Shown here: positions 1 to 8,608 of the stretch, piece by piece
Numbering within the stretch: position 1 is the stretch's first letter
Layout of the letters: every line of letters begins with the position of its first letter
Source of the DNA: a virus
Lineage: Duplodnaviria; Caudoviricetes
Direction: 5' to 3' (one strand)
Length of the DNA: 64,000 bases
IMG/VR virus record: IMGVR_UViG_3300010163_000014
Span: 26,237-90,236 of that record
Translations under genes and position numbers: made by a program
The notes under the pieces: generated by a model
Databases searched by the model: none
What the model was told of the DNA's origin: nothing
What the model saw: only the letters and a program-made list of their open reading frames with translations

Positions 1-4
1 AAAC

Positions 5-103
5 AAAAAGGAGTTTCCAAGATGCTGTCATCTGGTTGGGAGTCGAACCCTTATACTATCTATGGATGACTTTGTGGTATGATCTGGACAGCGCATCCAG
101 ATT
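5..103 (-). ncRNA. Candidate small structured RNA with a T-loop hairpin (tRNA-like fragment)
   Basis: The minus strand reads ATCTGGA-TGCGCTG-TCCAGAT (hairpin), then a GTCATC/GATGAC helix enclosing GGG-TTCGACT-CCC, then a U-tract. An AACA-N6-TA motif (103-114, minus) lies just upstream. No complete cloverleaf. Confidence 0.35.
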
Positions 104-122
104 ACAAACATGTTACAATACA

Positions 123-132
123 GATATATTAT
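123..132 (+). promoter_or_regulatory. Putative early (virion RNAP) promoter GATATATTAT
   Basis: Recurrent RATAYATTAT motif, 25 nt upstream of the ORF at 157; resembles the phiKZ early consensus TATATTAC. Confidence 0.55.
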
Positions 133-156
133 TTTATTAAGAAAGGAGAATGGTAG

Positions 157-1347
157 ATGAAGCCTAAGGGATTCATTTTATATAAAAATGGTAGCTGGGA
201 TTATGTATCTGAGTCAAAGATGAAGAAAAAGCTTCACAAATTAAATCGAATTAAATTACTACTCATTCCATATTTAAGAGAAAATGACTCAATCAAAGTA
301 TTTATCCCAGTTAATCCAGTAAAAGAACTTCTTTTTCATAGGGCATCTGTTCAATTTATCACTTCTGTATATACGATGAACTATGAAGAAAAAGAATATC
401 CAGTTACAAAAGAACCTGTAATTGGAGAGGAAGAGTATACCTATAGCTTATTTGAATTTATTAATCTGCTCTTTTATCCCTCTAAAGTTTATGGATATCT
501 AGAGATGACAGGATTATGTGATGCTTCACCAGGGTCCTATAAGGAAGCTCAATTTGCAAATACCCTCTGTATCGACGGAGTGTCCATTAAGCTATATAAT
601 CAGAATGATTCGATTTTCTGGAGTGCGAGTAAAGTCATTGAACGGGAAGATCAAATTGATGAGATGTATTTCTGTTCTGGAGAGCGATATTGGCTCGACA
701 TGTTTGACTTTGAGAAGGAATTGTGTCATTTCATTCCAAAGTTCAGTATGATTGTAGAGAAGCCTAAGTTTAATTCTATCAGAGTCATTGAGTTGAGTGA
801 AACTTGGAGAGGATTAGAATCGAGTGATCTTCGTAAACATGGTAAGACAGTATGTCCACCAAATCAGATGTATTTGTATCACACGGATTCATTTAACAGT
901 TATGCTCTAGTGGATGGAAAGACGATTAATAAAATTGATAATCTCCCAGTTTTAGAGTGTATGGTATGTTCAATTTGTAATGATCTATATACAAGAGAAG
1001 ATTTGAAATACCATACTTGGGGTGATTCTGCATGTAAAGAACGTATTCAGTTGGCATTATCAGAGAGTATGACGAATATTTGTGCATATGAGATATTTCT
1101 AACCACATTTACTGAAATTGGTGAGATATTAAGCCTGGTTATCTATGCTGATATTTTACTGATGTATATTCAGTATGTACTTTTCAGTGGAATCATGAGC
1201 GGACTTCAGCCTCCAGATGGAGAATCTTATGAATCAATTATAGCTATTGCAAATAATACAGATTTTGATTCAAGCATTATCATCACTAGTGGGGACCAAG
1301 TAAATCCTGAAGATTTACTTGATAAAATTATAATCCATATGATTTAA
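157..1347 (+). CDS. Hypothetical protein (396 aa)
   Basis: Long ORF with AAGGAG RBS; no recognised motif. Confidence 0.75.
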   Translation: MKPKGFILYKNGSWDYVSESKMKKKLHKLNRIKLLLIPYLRENDSIKVFIPVNPVKELLFHRASVQFITSVYTMNYEEKEYPVTKEPVIGEEEYTYSLFEFINLLFYPSKVYGYLEMTGLCDASPGSYKEAQFANTLCIDGVSIKLYNQNDSIFWSASKVIEREDQIDEMYFCSGERYWLDMFDFEKELCHFIPKFSMIVEKPKFNSIRVIELSETWRGLESSDLRKHGKTVCPPNQMYLYHTDSFNSYALVDGKTINKIDNLPVLECMVCSICNDLYTREDLKYHTWGDSACKERIQLALSESMTNICAYEIFLTTFTEIGEILSLVIYADILLMYIQYVLFSGIMSGLQPPDGESYESIIAIANNTDFDSSIIITSGDQVNPEDLLDKIIIHMI

Positions 1348-1356
1348 GGAGCGATC

Positions 1357-2358
1357 ATGATGAAAACATTCGACAAATTGGGGAATCCGAGAACGATCTA
1401 TTGTTTTGAGCAAGCGTCTTCTTCTGGAGTTCTTACCCTGAAACAAGCGGGAGGACATGTCATTGAATCGGACCGGAATAAGTGGTATTTCATACCCATC
1501 AAGAATCAGCTCAAAGGCCCGGTCTTTACCTGCCCTACCCCCAAGTGCATCAGAAATCATCTCCCTGCCAGGATTGAAGTAAATGCGGTGTATCATGATG
1601 TCGATACACCGGTTTATAAGTGCACTCAGGCTCTGTATGACTTTGAGTCTGATGTGACTCAGAAATATGGAATTTGGCCGTTTATTGCTGGTTTTGAGCA
1701 TCTCACTTCTTATCTCCAAAAGTTGGGATCCTCCAGAGAGACTATCATCATGGGGGCTACCAGCTCTTCGATCTATAATGATCGGTATCTACCACACAAA
1801 TCCTCCATTCTCAAGGATGGGGATATTTTCTCTTTCCTTGACGCAAATGGTTTCCGGAGCAGAACTGACAAGTTCCTTGCCCATTTGAACGATAGCACCT
1901 TCCGTGTTGATGGTGGTCAATTTCATAAAAATAATAGTTTCACCTATGTCATCTATCATGATGATAGGGAATTAGACACTGCGGTCTTCATCACCTTTAT
2001 CTCCGGCACCGATACCTGCTATATCTATGATTATCCGACATATAGTAATCTGGCCAGTATCAAAGAGATTGAACTTCGGGTTTGCAGGGATCCTCTTCTA
2101 GATGGAGAGGAACTCATGTATCACATCACGGCATCTAATATCGATGATATTCTGGAAATGTGCTATTGTATGCCGGATATCCTATTCCTGGACCATTACT
2201 TTTATGGGGATGAGCTCAGTTTTCAGATGGAGATCATATCCGAAAACGATATATCATTACCCTGGGACGTCTGGACGGTTGATCGTTCTTATGTCGGAGA
2301 AAGACTGGATGAGCTCAATCTGTTTGACCTCATCATGTCTGCATTTGATGGTCATTAG
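1357..2358 (+). CDS. Hypothetical protein (333 aa)
   Basis: Long ORF with AAGGAG RBS, co-oriented with the previous gene. Confidence 0.75.
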   Translation: MMKTFDKLGNPRTIYCFEQASSSGVLTLKQAGGHVIESDRNKWYFIPIKNQLKGPVFTCPTPKCIRNHLPARIEVNAVYHDVDTPVYKCTQALYDFESDVTQKYGIWPFIAGFEHLTSYLQKLGSSRETIIMGATSSSIYNDRYLPHKSSILKDGDIFSFLDANGFRSRTDKFLAHLNDSTFRVDGGQFHKNNSFTYVIYHDDRELDTAVFITFISGTDTCYIYDYPTYSNLASIKEIELRVCRDPLLDGEELMYHITASNIDDILEMCYCMPDILFLDHYFYGDELSFQMEIISENDISLPWDVWTVDRSYVGERLDELNLFDLIMSAFDGH

Positions 2359-2373
2359 AAAGGAGAATAATTT

Positions 2374-2550
2374 GTGAAACCTGAAACTGATTACTCCGAC
2401 ATTAAGAGTATCATCGAGAAGTCCATTGATGCTCAAGTCGAAGGGTTGTTGGAAAAATGGGAGAAAGGAGATCGTGTAAAGAATCCGATATTTGGTCAAA
2501 CTGAAGTAGTCGAAATCAAGAAAGGAATGGAAGAAAATGACTCTGAATGA
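2374..2550 (+). CDS. Small hypothetical protein (58 aa, GTG start; not in ORF track)
   Basis: AAAGGAG RBS; MKPETDYSDIKSIIEK...GDRVKNPIFGQTEVVEI; fills the gap between operon genes. Confidence 0.6.
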   Translation: MKPETDYSDIKSIIEKSIDAQVEGLLEKWEKGDRVKNPIFGQTEVVEIKKGMEENDSE

Positions 2551-3049
2551 AAACATGCCAAACTTTAATCATCGCAATCCGTTCGTCACTATCTGCTCTC
2601 AGACGAGGAGCCGGATCGATGACAAGACGTTTCATCTTTCCAAGATGTGGATTCAATACTGCGCTATTATGGTTTTGACCGCAATCATTGGAGCAATTGT
2701 TTCGATCTGCAATTTCCGGGCCACTGATCCCAATATTCTTTTGAGTGGGCTGATCCTGATTGGCCTGGGCGGCATTATGATCTGCTGTATTCTATACATT
2801 GGGGTCTCGTATGGATTTGCGAGATTGGTCAATAACCCTATCAAGGGAGAAGCTGATGAATTCATGAAAGCACAGATCTCCGACGTTGCTCTGATGAACA
2901 ACGAACAAGTCAATGATGTTATCATGCGTCTGAATGAACTTCTTGGGCGCATTGGTACATATTTCGAAATCATCCGAGTATCTACCTATATCACCGTTGC
3001 ATTAACGATCTACTTTATCTTATTAGCCTTCATATTTCTGATGTTTTAA
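2537..3049 (+). CDS. Hypothetical membrane protein
   Basis: Three hydrophobic segments (CAIMVLTAIIGAIVSI, ILLSGLILIGLGGIMICCILYIGV, YITVALTIYFILLAFIFLMF). Confidence 0.7.
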   Translation: MTLNENMPNFNHRNPFVTICSQTRSRIDDKTFHLSKMWIQYCAIMVLTAIIGAIVSICNFRATDPNILLSGLILIGLGGIMICCILYIGVSYGFARLVNNPIKGEADEFMKAQISDVALMNNEQVNDVIMRLNELLGRIGTYFEIIRVSTYITVALTIYFILLAFIFLMF

Positions 3050-3063
3050 AAGGAGGATAAAAC

Positions 3064-3549
3064 ATGAATCGAGCACTAACTGATGGTGGGTTTCCCACTG
3101 CTGATATTCGTCGAGTGAGGGATATGATCGATGAGAATGAGGCTTCGTTTCCTCATCTCTATATCCCGGAGTTTGCCTCTACACTCAGCATCTACCAGAG
3201 GGCAAAAGATGTCACCGTTGGAATGCATCAGGACATTGTCTTTCTGGTTGCTACTCCCAGTGGTGTGGTCATCAACGACAAGTATTCTGATGTCTGTCAG
3301 ATTCCCAAGGAAAATGGGTGGCTTGGCAGATATTTGATTGGGGCCCCTACCAAAGACAAGAATAATCGTCCGGTTGGACGATATCTCTGCTCTTACTGGG
3401 TCAACATGAGCAATATCGAGATCAGCACTGTGAATATCGATGGTAAGATCACCTATCAGTTCATCAGTGTCCAGCGAAATGATCTCCCTGCTAAATTAAC
3501 AGAGACTTTGGATTCTTCTGACTTCTTTGAGAAGTATTTGGAGGGATAA
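3064..3549 (+). CDS. Hypothetical protein (161 aa)
   Basis: AGGAGG RBS; operon context. Confidence 0.7.
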   Translation: MNRALTDGGFPTADIRRVRDMIDENEASFPHLYIPEFASTLSIYQRAKDVTVGMHQDIVFLVATPSGVVINDKYSDVCQIPKENGWLGRYLIGAPTKDKNNRPVGRYLCSYWVNMSNIEISTVNIDGKITYQFISVQRNDLPAKLTETLDSSDFFEKYLEG

Positions 3550-3552
3550 AAA

Positions 3553-3738
3553 ATGGGAGCTCAGTCTTTTGTGCCAGCCTTGCAGAATATGATACTTTGG
3601 ACATTCTCAATTGGAATGGGAGTCACAGTATTAAGTATCATCAAAAGAGAATTTACAGTCTGCAAGATTGGTCTTGGTATGGCGGGTGCATCCATGGTTG
3701 TTGCACTTTTTGGATATCTCATAGAGATAGCACCATAA
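3553..3738 (+). CDS. Small two-TM membrane protein
   Basis: GAGGG RBS; two hydrophobic helices. Confidence 0.6.
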   Translation: MGAQSFVPALQNMILWTFSIGMGVTVLSIIKREFTVCKIGLGMAGASMVVALFGYLIEIAP

Positions 3739-3781
3739 ATTATATTCTTTTCGAAATCTTGTAATGGGAGTATAGAGAAAC

Positions 3782-4111
3782 ATGAATGAGAATACAATAA
3801 GAGTCCTGTTCGTTGCAGCGATTGCTCTTTTGGCCATTTCCCTCATATTGGTTATCATTTCGGTGGTTTCCTTTATGAAGGCAAAGAAGCTCTATGCCGA
3901 TAGTACGAAGCCTGTCATAAAGACTGAGAGCGAGATCTCCAACTTTGAACTGCTCAAGCTTTATTATGATTACGTACATGCGTCAAAATATCTTGAATCA
4001 CAACAGTGCCTTTCTGCTATGAGGAGAAGATGTCCCTATGCTGAGTCTTGTACTCACGAAGTCAAGATGTGCCCTGTCTGTCAGCGGTTCAATAAGTATG
4101 CTCCGAAATAA
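3782..4111 (+). CDS. Membrane-anchored protein with C-terminal Cys cluster
   Basis: N-terminal TM helix; C-terminus QC..RRRC...SC....MCPVC; followed by a terminator. Confidence 0.65.
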   Translation: MNENTIRVLFVAAIALLAISLILVIISVVSFMKAKKLYADSTKPVIKTESEISNFELLKLYYDYVHASKYLESQQCLSAMRRRCPYAESCTHEVKMCPVCQRFNKYAPK

Positions 4112-4115
4112 AAAG

Positions 4116-4151
4116 AAAGAGGGCGGTGGAAGTAACCACCGCCCTTTTTTA
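4116..4151. terminator. Bidirectional intrinsic terminator
   Basis: AGGGCGGTGG/CCACCGCCCT stem flanked by A and T tracts, between convergent genes. Confidence 0.85.
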
Positions 4152-4532
4152 TAATGGATTCTTTACATAACTCGCCAGATATTTTTTAACTGTTCTGGCA
4201 ATATATGAAATGACTGCTTCATAAGTCATGTAATGAGTGAGAGAATTCATCAAATCATCTGAGATCTTACTGATGATTCGTTTTGATAGATCATTATAAA
4301 AATTTTCAAAATTTGCATTTGTGATAGCTTTTTTATGCTCAAAGACATCTGTCTCATATAGCTCAATTTCAGATTTCACAATCATAGATAAAACTTCCCA
4401 TGATTCTTCAAAAGACATTCTGAATGTCTTTTTCTTATAGGAAGCATAGACCAAGTTCAGATACACATAAAGTGCAAAAATAAGTACGATCACCACAAAG
4501 AGAATTATAATCAGAATCCAATAAGGTTTCAT
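4149..4532 (-). CDS. Membrane-anchored hypothetical protein
   Basis: Probable start MKPYW at 4532 (ATGA overlap with the upstream small ORF); N-terminal TM helix. Confidence 0.7.
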   Translation of the reverse strand: MKPYWILIIILFVVIVLIFALYVYLNLVYASYKKKTFRMSFEESWEVLSMIVKSEIELYETDVFEHKKAITNANFENFYNDLSKRIISKISDDLMNSLTHYMTYEAVISYIARTVKKYLASYVKNPL

Positions 4533-4690
4533 TCTTTGATCTCCTCTAAGAAACAAACAGAGGCGGGAGGATTACCATTATAACGTTCCCATGCCTTTTT
4601 TGTCCCCTCTACCTCATTGGGAGCTTCAATTGGTGCAGTATCTGTTTTTATGATCTGGGTATGATCATACCAATGAACCCAATACTTCAT
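4529..4690 (-). CDS. Small hypothetical protein (53 aa; not in ORF track)
   Basis: AAGGAGG RBS; MKYWVHWYDHTQIIKTDT...; the stop codon overlaps the next start. Confidence 0.6.
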   Translation of the reverse strand: MKYWVHWYDHTQIIKTDTAPIEAPNEVEGTKKAWERYNGNPPASVCFLEEIKE

Positions 4691-4826
4691 AAAAAGTTCC
4701 TCCTTAAGATATTACCTCGGTGTAATGATATAATATTTTTATATAAGACCAGGGTTATAATATCATAATATCAGATATTGTAACTCTGGTATATGAAAAA
4801 TTCTATCATGTTAAAGGAGAATCACA

Positions 4827-5501
4827 ATGGAAGTCATCAATCGTAAAAGCTTCAACATCGAAGACGTAGGCGATCCCGCTCAGGCTCTGAAGGGATACGT
4901 CTCCAGTGCACAGACCTACGAGTTCGTTCTCGGTAACGAGATTGTTATCGGGACCATCAAGGATGTTAATCCTATCTATGAAAAGAGCAACCCCGATGTC
5001 GACGAGTATGACAAGCTGACCGACTACAAAATCACTCTGTATCCTATCTGGACTGAACTGGGACCTGTCGACACAGAGCGGGAGCTGTATCTGAACGACG
5101 TCGGTACTGCTACCCAGGTCTATGTTCGCATGAACAGTAAGGTTCCCCGCAAGTCCCGTGGGCAGGGCCAGCATAGCTGGGTCTTCCGTTTCCCCGGCCG
5201 TGATATCACGGTGAGCAAGGAGGATTTCGTGAAGGTCTGCTATTACAAGAAAGGTACCAAGCAGCCCGATGATCGCGTGGTCGTCTATGGCTACATCCAG
5301 GATGTCACTAATGAACATGCTGTGATCAAGGCTGCTCATGCATACAACGGCATTTTCAGCTTTGGTACTACCAAGGTTGATCTGGTCAACGTATATGCCG
5401 CGTTCATTGCTGGAGTTGACTTCAGCGTCTTCAATTCCAACTTCAAGGCCGAGAAGAACGCCAAGGATAAGGCTGAGAAGGAAAAGAAAGAGGACAAATA
5501 A
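4827..5501 (+). CDS. Hypothetical protein (224 aa), with the codon bias of a highly expressed gene
   Basis: AAAGGAG RBS; many C-ending codons as in the structural genes. Confidence 0.75.
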   Translation: MEVINRKSFNIEDVGDPAQALKGYVSSAQTYEFVLGNEIVIGTIKDVNPIYEKSNPDVDEYDKLTDYKITLYPIWTELGPVDTERELYLNDVGTATQVYVRMNSKVPRKSRGQGQHSWVFRFPGRDITVSKEDFVKVCYYKKGTKQPDDRVVVYGYIQDVTNEHAVIKAAHAYNGIFSFGTTKVDLVNVYAAFIAGVDFSVFNSNFKAEKNAKDKAEKEKKEDK

Positions 5502-5591
5502 GAACTTACTTATAACCGAACATCCCCTCAAGGGGAAATAGGTTTTAGTCTTACAAAAGCCTTCTGCGACCTAACAAGCCCAGAAGCAATT

Positions 5592-5635
5592 AAAGAGAGT
5601 ACTGTGGAGTGATGAACCACAGTACTCTCTTTTTT
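5592..5635. terminator. Bidirectional intrinsic terminator
   Basis: AGAGAGTACTGTGG/CCACAGTACTCTCT stem with T tract. Confidence 0.85.
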
Positions 5636-5636
5636 A

Positions 5637-6122
5637 TCATTTCGGAGTATGATACTTATTTTCGGTATCTGACTTAACCAGATTATCAGGTACTTTGACG
5701 TACTTATTGATCTGGGACTTCGGATGAATCGTCACAGGGAGATTCTCTTTCTGAATGACTTTAATAATATTTTTTGCAAGCTCAGCCTTCCATTCAGGAT
5801 TACAATAATGGAAGAACTGGATTGCCCTACTTACTAGTTCATGAGTAACCTCTTTATTACCCTTTACAACCAGAGGGTACTTCCTGCTCTTGGGAATACC
5901 AAAGGCACTGTCAGGAAGGGAATCCCGAGTTTGCTTATCGATGATATGACCTTTCGGCTTTGTCCCACCCTTAGTATTGGTAGCCTCAGTGGCAATTGTA
6001 AAAACGTTACTCAGAACTGCATCAAGGGCAGCCTCCAGAACGGTGTCATATTGCTCTTCCATTGCATATGCTTCAGTGTCTCTGTTCAGAGATTGAAGCA
6101 ATCCGATATTTTTATCCAACAC
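5637..6122 (-). CDS. Putative internal head protein with cleavable propeptide
   Basis: Acidic N-terminus with AME/VLE/ATE motifs typical of prohead-protease substrates; basic C-terminal domain containing DSLPDSAFGIPKSRKYPL, a motif I recall from jumbo-phage proteins. Confidence 0.5.
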   Translation of the reverse strand: MLDKNIGLLQSLNRDTEAYAMEEQYDTVLEAALDAVLSNVFTIATEATNTKGGTKPKGHIIDKQTRDSLPDSAFGIPKSRKYPLVVKGNKEVTHELVSRAIQFFHYCNPEWKAELAKNIIKVIQKENLPVTIHPKSQINKYVKVPDNLVKSDTENKYHTPK

Positions 6123-6467
6123 GAATTACCTCGCTTTCAGTATTTATTGGCACAGGTAGATAGTAAATTATAGGTTTTGTTAAAAACACAAAAAGAGAGT
6201 GCTAATGGTTATTAGTGACTTCTGCCTGTATAAATGTAAGCCCATATCCTATAAGTATACAGCAATAACCATTAGCACTCTTTGACAGTACGCGGAATAT
6301 AATGTCATATGAGACTGTACGAGATCATTTCATGAAAAGTTTGGAAAAGAAACGAGACGGCTTGAACAGTAGGAGGTTCGACCTTAGGCGGTTGTCTTTT
6401 TATAAGGAGAAAACTCTTCATGAAATGATGTCATTGTACCTTTCATCCAGTACTGTTTACCGCAGTG

Positions 6468-7118
6468 TTAGATCTTGATATAACGTTTAATCCAGTCAAT
6501 ATCCAAGTATCCACGATCAAAACTTTTACCGAAGTTTGAATTCTCACATAGATTCAGATAATTCCATATCTTGTACTTCTGCTCATCCTGTAGATAGGGA
6601 GCATATAGTTTGATGAATGCATCCACATTACCAATACCTTGATTGATATGAGTAAATAGGTCTCGATTTGAGATTGCCTCATGATTGGTTACAGTCAACA
6701 TGATGATCTGTACTCTGAGAGCAAAATGCTCATCGAGAACTTTATTAGCTACTCGGAAGGTATTAATGGGAGTGCCAGTTTTGATAAAAAAGTTTAAGAT
6801 TACCTCTACAACATCATACAGAGTGAAGAGAGGCCCATGATGCATTTCAATCGTCGCCATATCATCTGTGATCTTAGAGGACACTTGGCAAAAGTTAATT
6901 CCAAGAGTCCTCTTGATATAACGAACGAACTCATTGTAATCATCGGAATGTCGAACCAATTTCTCTACTTCTTTGATAAACTTGCTATAATTTGTAGAAT
7001 CAAAAAAGTATTCGGCATCTTTGATATATGAAACAGAATCAAACTGGTCATCATTTGCAGTGACCAGCTTTGTAATGTCACCGTTATATTTGATATTAGG
7101 CAAATTCATCCTAAACAC
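6468..7118 (-). CDS. HNH-like (beta-beta-alpha metal) protein; paralog of 12960-13697
   Basis: C...IEMHHGPLFTL...EH...TNHE pattern; late-type motif at 7141-7152. Confidence 0.5.
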   Translation of the reverse strand: MFRMNLPNIKYNGDITKLVTANDDQFDSVSYIKDAEYFFDSTNYSKFIKEVEKLVRHSDDYNEFVRYIKRTLGINFCQVSSKITDDMATIEMHHGPLFTLYDVVEVILNFFIKTGTPINTFRVANKVLDEHFALRVQIIMLTVTNHEAISNRDLFTHINQGIGNVDAFIKLYAPYLQDEQKYKIWNYLNLCENSNFGKSFDRGYLDIDWIKRYIKI

Positions 7119-7140
7119 CCACTTTCATTGGTCCGTATAT

Positions 7141-7152
7141 TAAAACTGTGTT
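7141..7152 (-). promoter_or_regulatory. Putative late promoter AACA-N6-TA
   Basis: AACA CAGTTT TA on the minus strand, 23 nt before the start at 7118. Confidence 0.5.
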
Positions 7153-7272
7153 TTGCGTAAGGATTCCTTACACCTAATATTTATTTAAATCTATATCGGA
7201 TAATACAATATTATAGTGAAGCAAGTTGAGAAATCGATGAGCTTTATCATACTTTAAGGAGGATTCATAGCT

Positions 7273-7458
7273 ATGAAGAAGTTCCTAACTGCAAAGAATG
7301 GTCTGTATGCTGCATCTGCTCTGTCTATCGCTGCTGGTGTGGCGGGCATCGTACTCAATGCCAAGTTCTGTGACGATGCTGATGATGTGGTCCCCGTTGA
7401 TGACGATGAGATCATGCCCAATGATCCCTTCGCCGATGCCGAGGCCGATCAGACTTAA
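7273..7458 (+). CDS. Small membrane peptide with acidic tail
   Basis: AAGGAGG RBS; N-terminal hydrophobic helix; D-rich C-terminus; followed by a terminator. Confidence 0.7.
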   Translation: MKKFLTAKNGLYAASALSIAAGVAGIVLNAKFCDDADDVVPVDDDEIMPNDPFADAEADQT

Positions 7459-7471
7459 TCAATGCAAACAT

Positions 7472-7511
7472 AAAAAAGAGGGTGCTGGAGAAATTCGGCA
7501 CCCTCTTTTTT
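7472..7511 (+). terminator. Intrinsic terminator
   Basis: AGAGGGTGCTG/CGGCACCCTCT stem plus T tract. Confidence 0.85.
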
Positions 7512-7539
7512 ATGTTTCATCCTAATACAACATTTCGAT

Positions 7540-7820
7540 AAGTGCAGTAGGCGCGCACTTTTGCGAGATGCAGTACAGAGGATAGTAGAGCGGTCACTCT
7601 GCTATCCTCGCTCTCTAACATCTCGTTCTCAATGCTCGGAATGATTATCTTTTAATATAATGTCGGTAGTTCCGCAGGATGGTGTCGGCAGCGGTCCTCG
7701 CTGTCTGATTTCGTGTTCAATCACGTATGGTCGTTCCAGACATAAGTTTGTTGTGACTCTGTTGAGTCGTGTGAATGTGTTTTTATTACCCTCACCAAAA
7801 TGACCTTACTGCGGAATTTC
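7540..7820 (+). ncRNA. Candidate ~280-nt structured non-coding RNA
   Basis: ORF-free and GC-enriched; several nested helices with G-U pairs; late-type motif at 7529-7540 upstream and a terminator at 7824-7863 downstream. Confidence 0.55.
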
Positions 7821-7823
7821 CAT

Positions 7824-7863
7824 AAAAAAGAGAGTGTAGGATTAACTTCCTACACTCTCTTTT
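7824..7863. terminator. Bidirectional intrinsic terminator
   Basis: AAAGAGAGTGTAGGA/TCCTACACTCTCTTT. Confidence 0.85.
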
Positions 7864-8608
7864 AAAACAAATATTGGATCAGGGGAATGATGATGTTTTC
7901 GTAATTGTATTTGATATTAACATTTTTGAGTGTCTCATCATCGATATGGTTTAGAGACATCACACTTCCATCTGACATGATGACTGGATATGCAGAGCTA
8001 CCATTGAATTCTCGATATGATTCTAGATTTAGTTCTCGGTTCTTATATGCCGAGACATAATCTTTGCAATATCGATGTAGTCCTTCCATGTCGTAGTCAA
8101 ACTCTTCAAGGAAGTCTTTGATAAAACCGAGAATTCCATTCTGATGTAAAGGAAGTAATGAGTTATCAATTCCTTTCACATCAAATGTACCATCCTCTTT
8201 TAGATAGAACTCCATGCCATTCAGGAGTAGAAATGCCACATATGCGCTCTTTGGTCTAAAGACACAATAATGACCAATCGTTGTAACTTTCGGATTCTTA
8301 GCCCTGACAAAGACAGCATCTCTCTTAATTGAGATCACGTCATCTTCTTCAAGACCATTCTCGGAGATAAACCGTTCTATGATCAGATTAAAGGAATCTT
8401 CCATCTGTTTGGCAAGATCTTTTTGTTTTCTTTGCATATTTCCAACTCGACGTTCCCGAGTATCTTTATCCAGAGTTTCTAATTTATCAATGACCTTATC
8501 AGGTGCAAGACCAAATTCCCTCATGATTGAGGTGTTTGCAGATTTCATATCCCACTCTATAATAGAGGTATGAGTAATCAGAGGGTTATTCTTATTGGTC
8601 CTGAACAT
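7862..8608 (-). CDS. Small family-B DNA polymerase palm-like protein
   Basis: Motif A-like IEWDMKSANTSI and motif C-like SIKRDAVFV; no KxxxNSxYG motif B. Confidence 0.45.
   Translation of the reverse strand: MFRTNKNNPLITHTSIIEWDMKSANTSIMREFGLAPDKVIDKLETLDKDTRERRVGNMQRKQKDLAKQMEDSFNLIIERFISENGLEEDDVISIKRDAVFVRAKNPKVTTIGHYCVFRPKSAYVAFLLLNGMEFYLKEDGTFDVKGIDNSLLPLHQNGILGFIKDFLEEFDYDMEGLHRYCKDYVSAYKNRELNLESYREFNGSSAYPVIMSDGSVMSLNHIDDETLKNVNIKYNYENIIIPLIQYLF

Noticed and set aside
30-55. Canonical tRNA gene suggested by GGGTTCGACTCCC
   Set aside because: No acceptor stem adjacent to the T-arm, no D-arm and no anticodon arm with U33; kept only as a tRNA-like candidate.
4806-5531. 241-aa minus-strand ORF
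   Set aside because: Antisense shadow of 4827-5501, which has the RBS and the biased codons.
6282-6303. TTGACA...TATAAT host sigma-70 promoter
   Set aside because: The spacer is only 10 nt.
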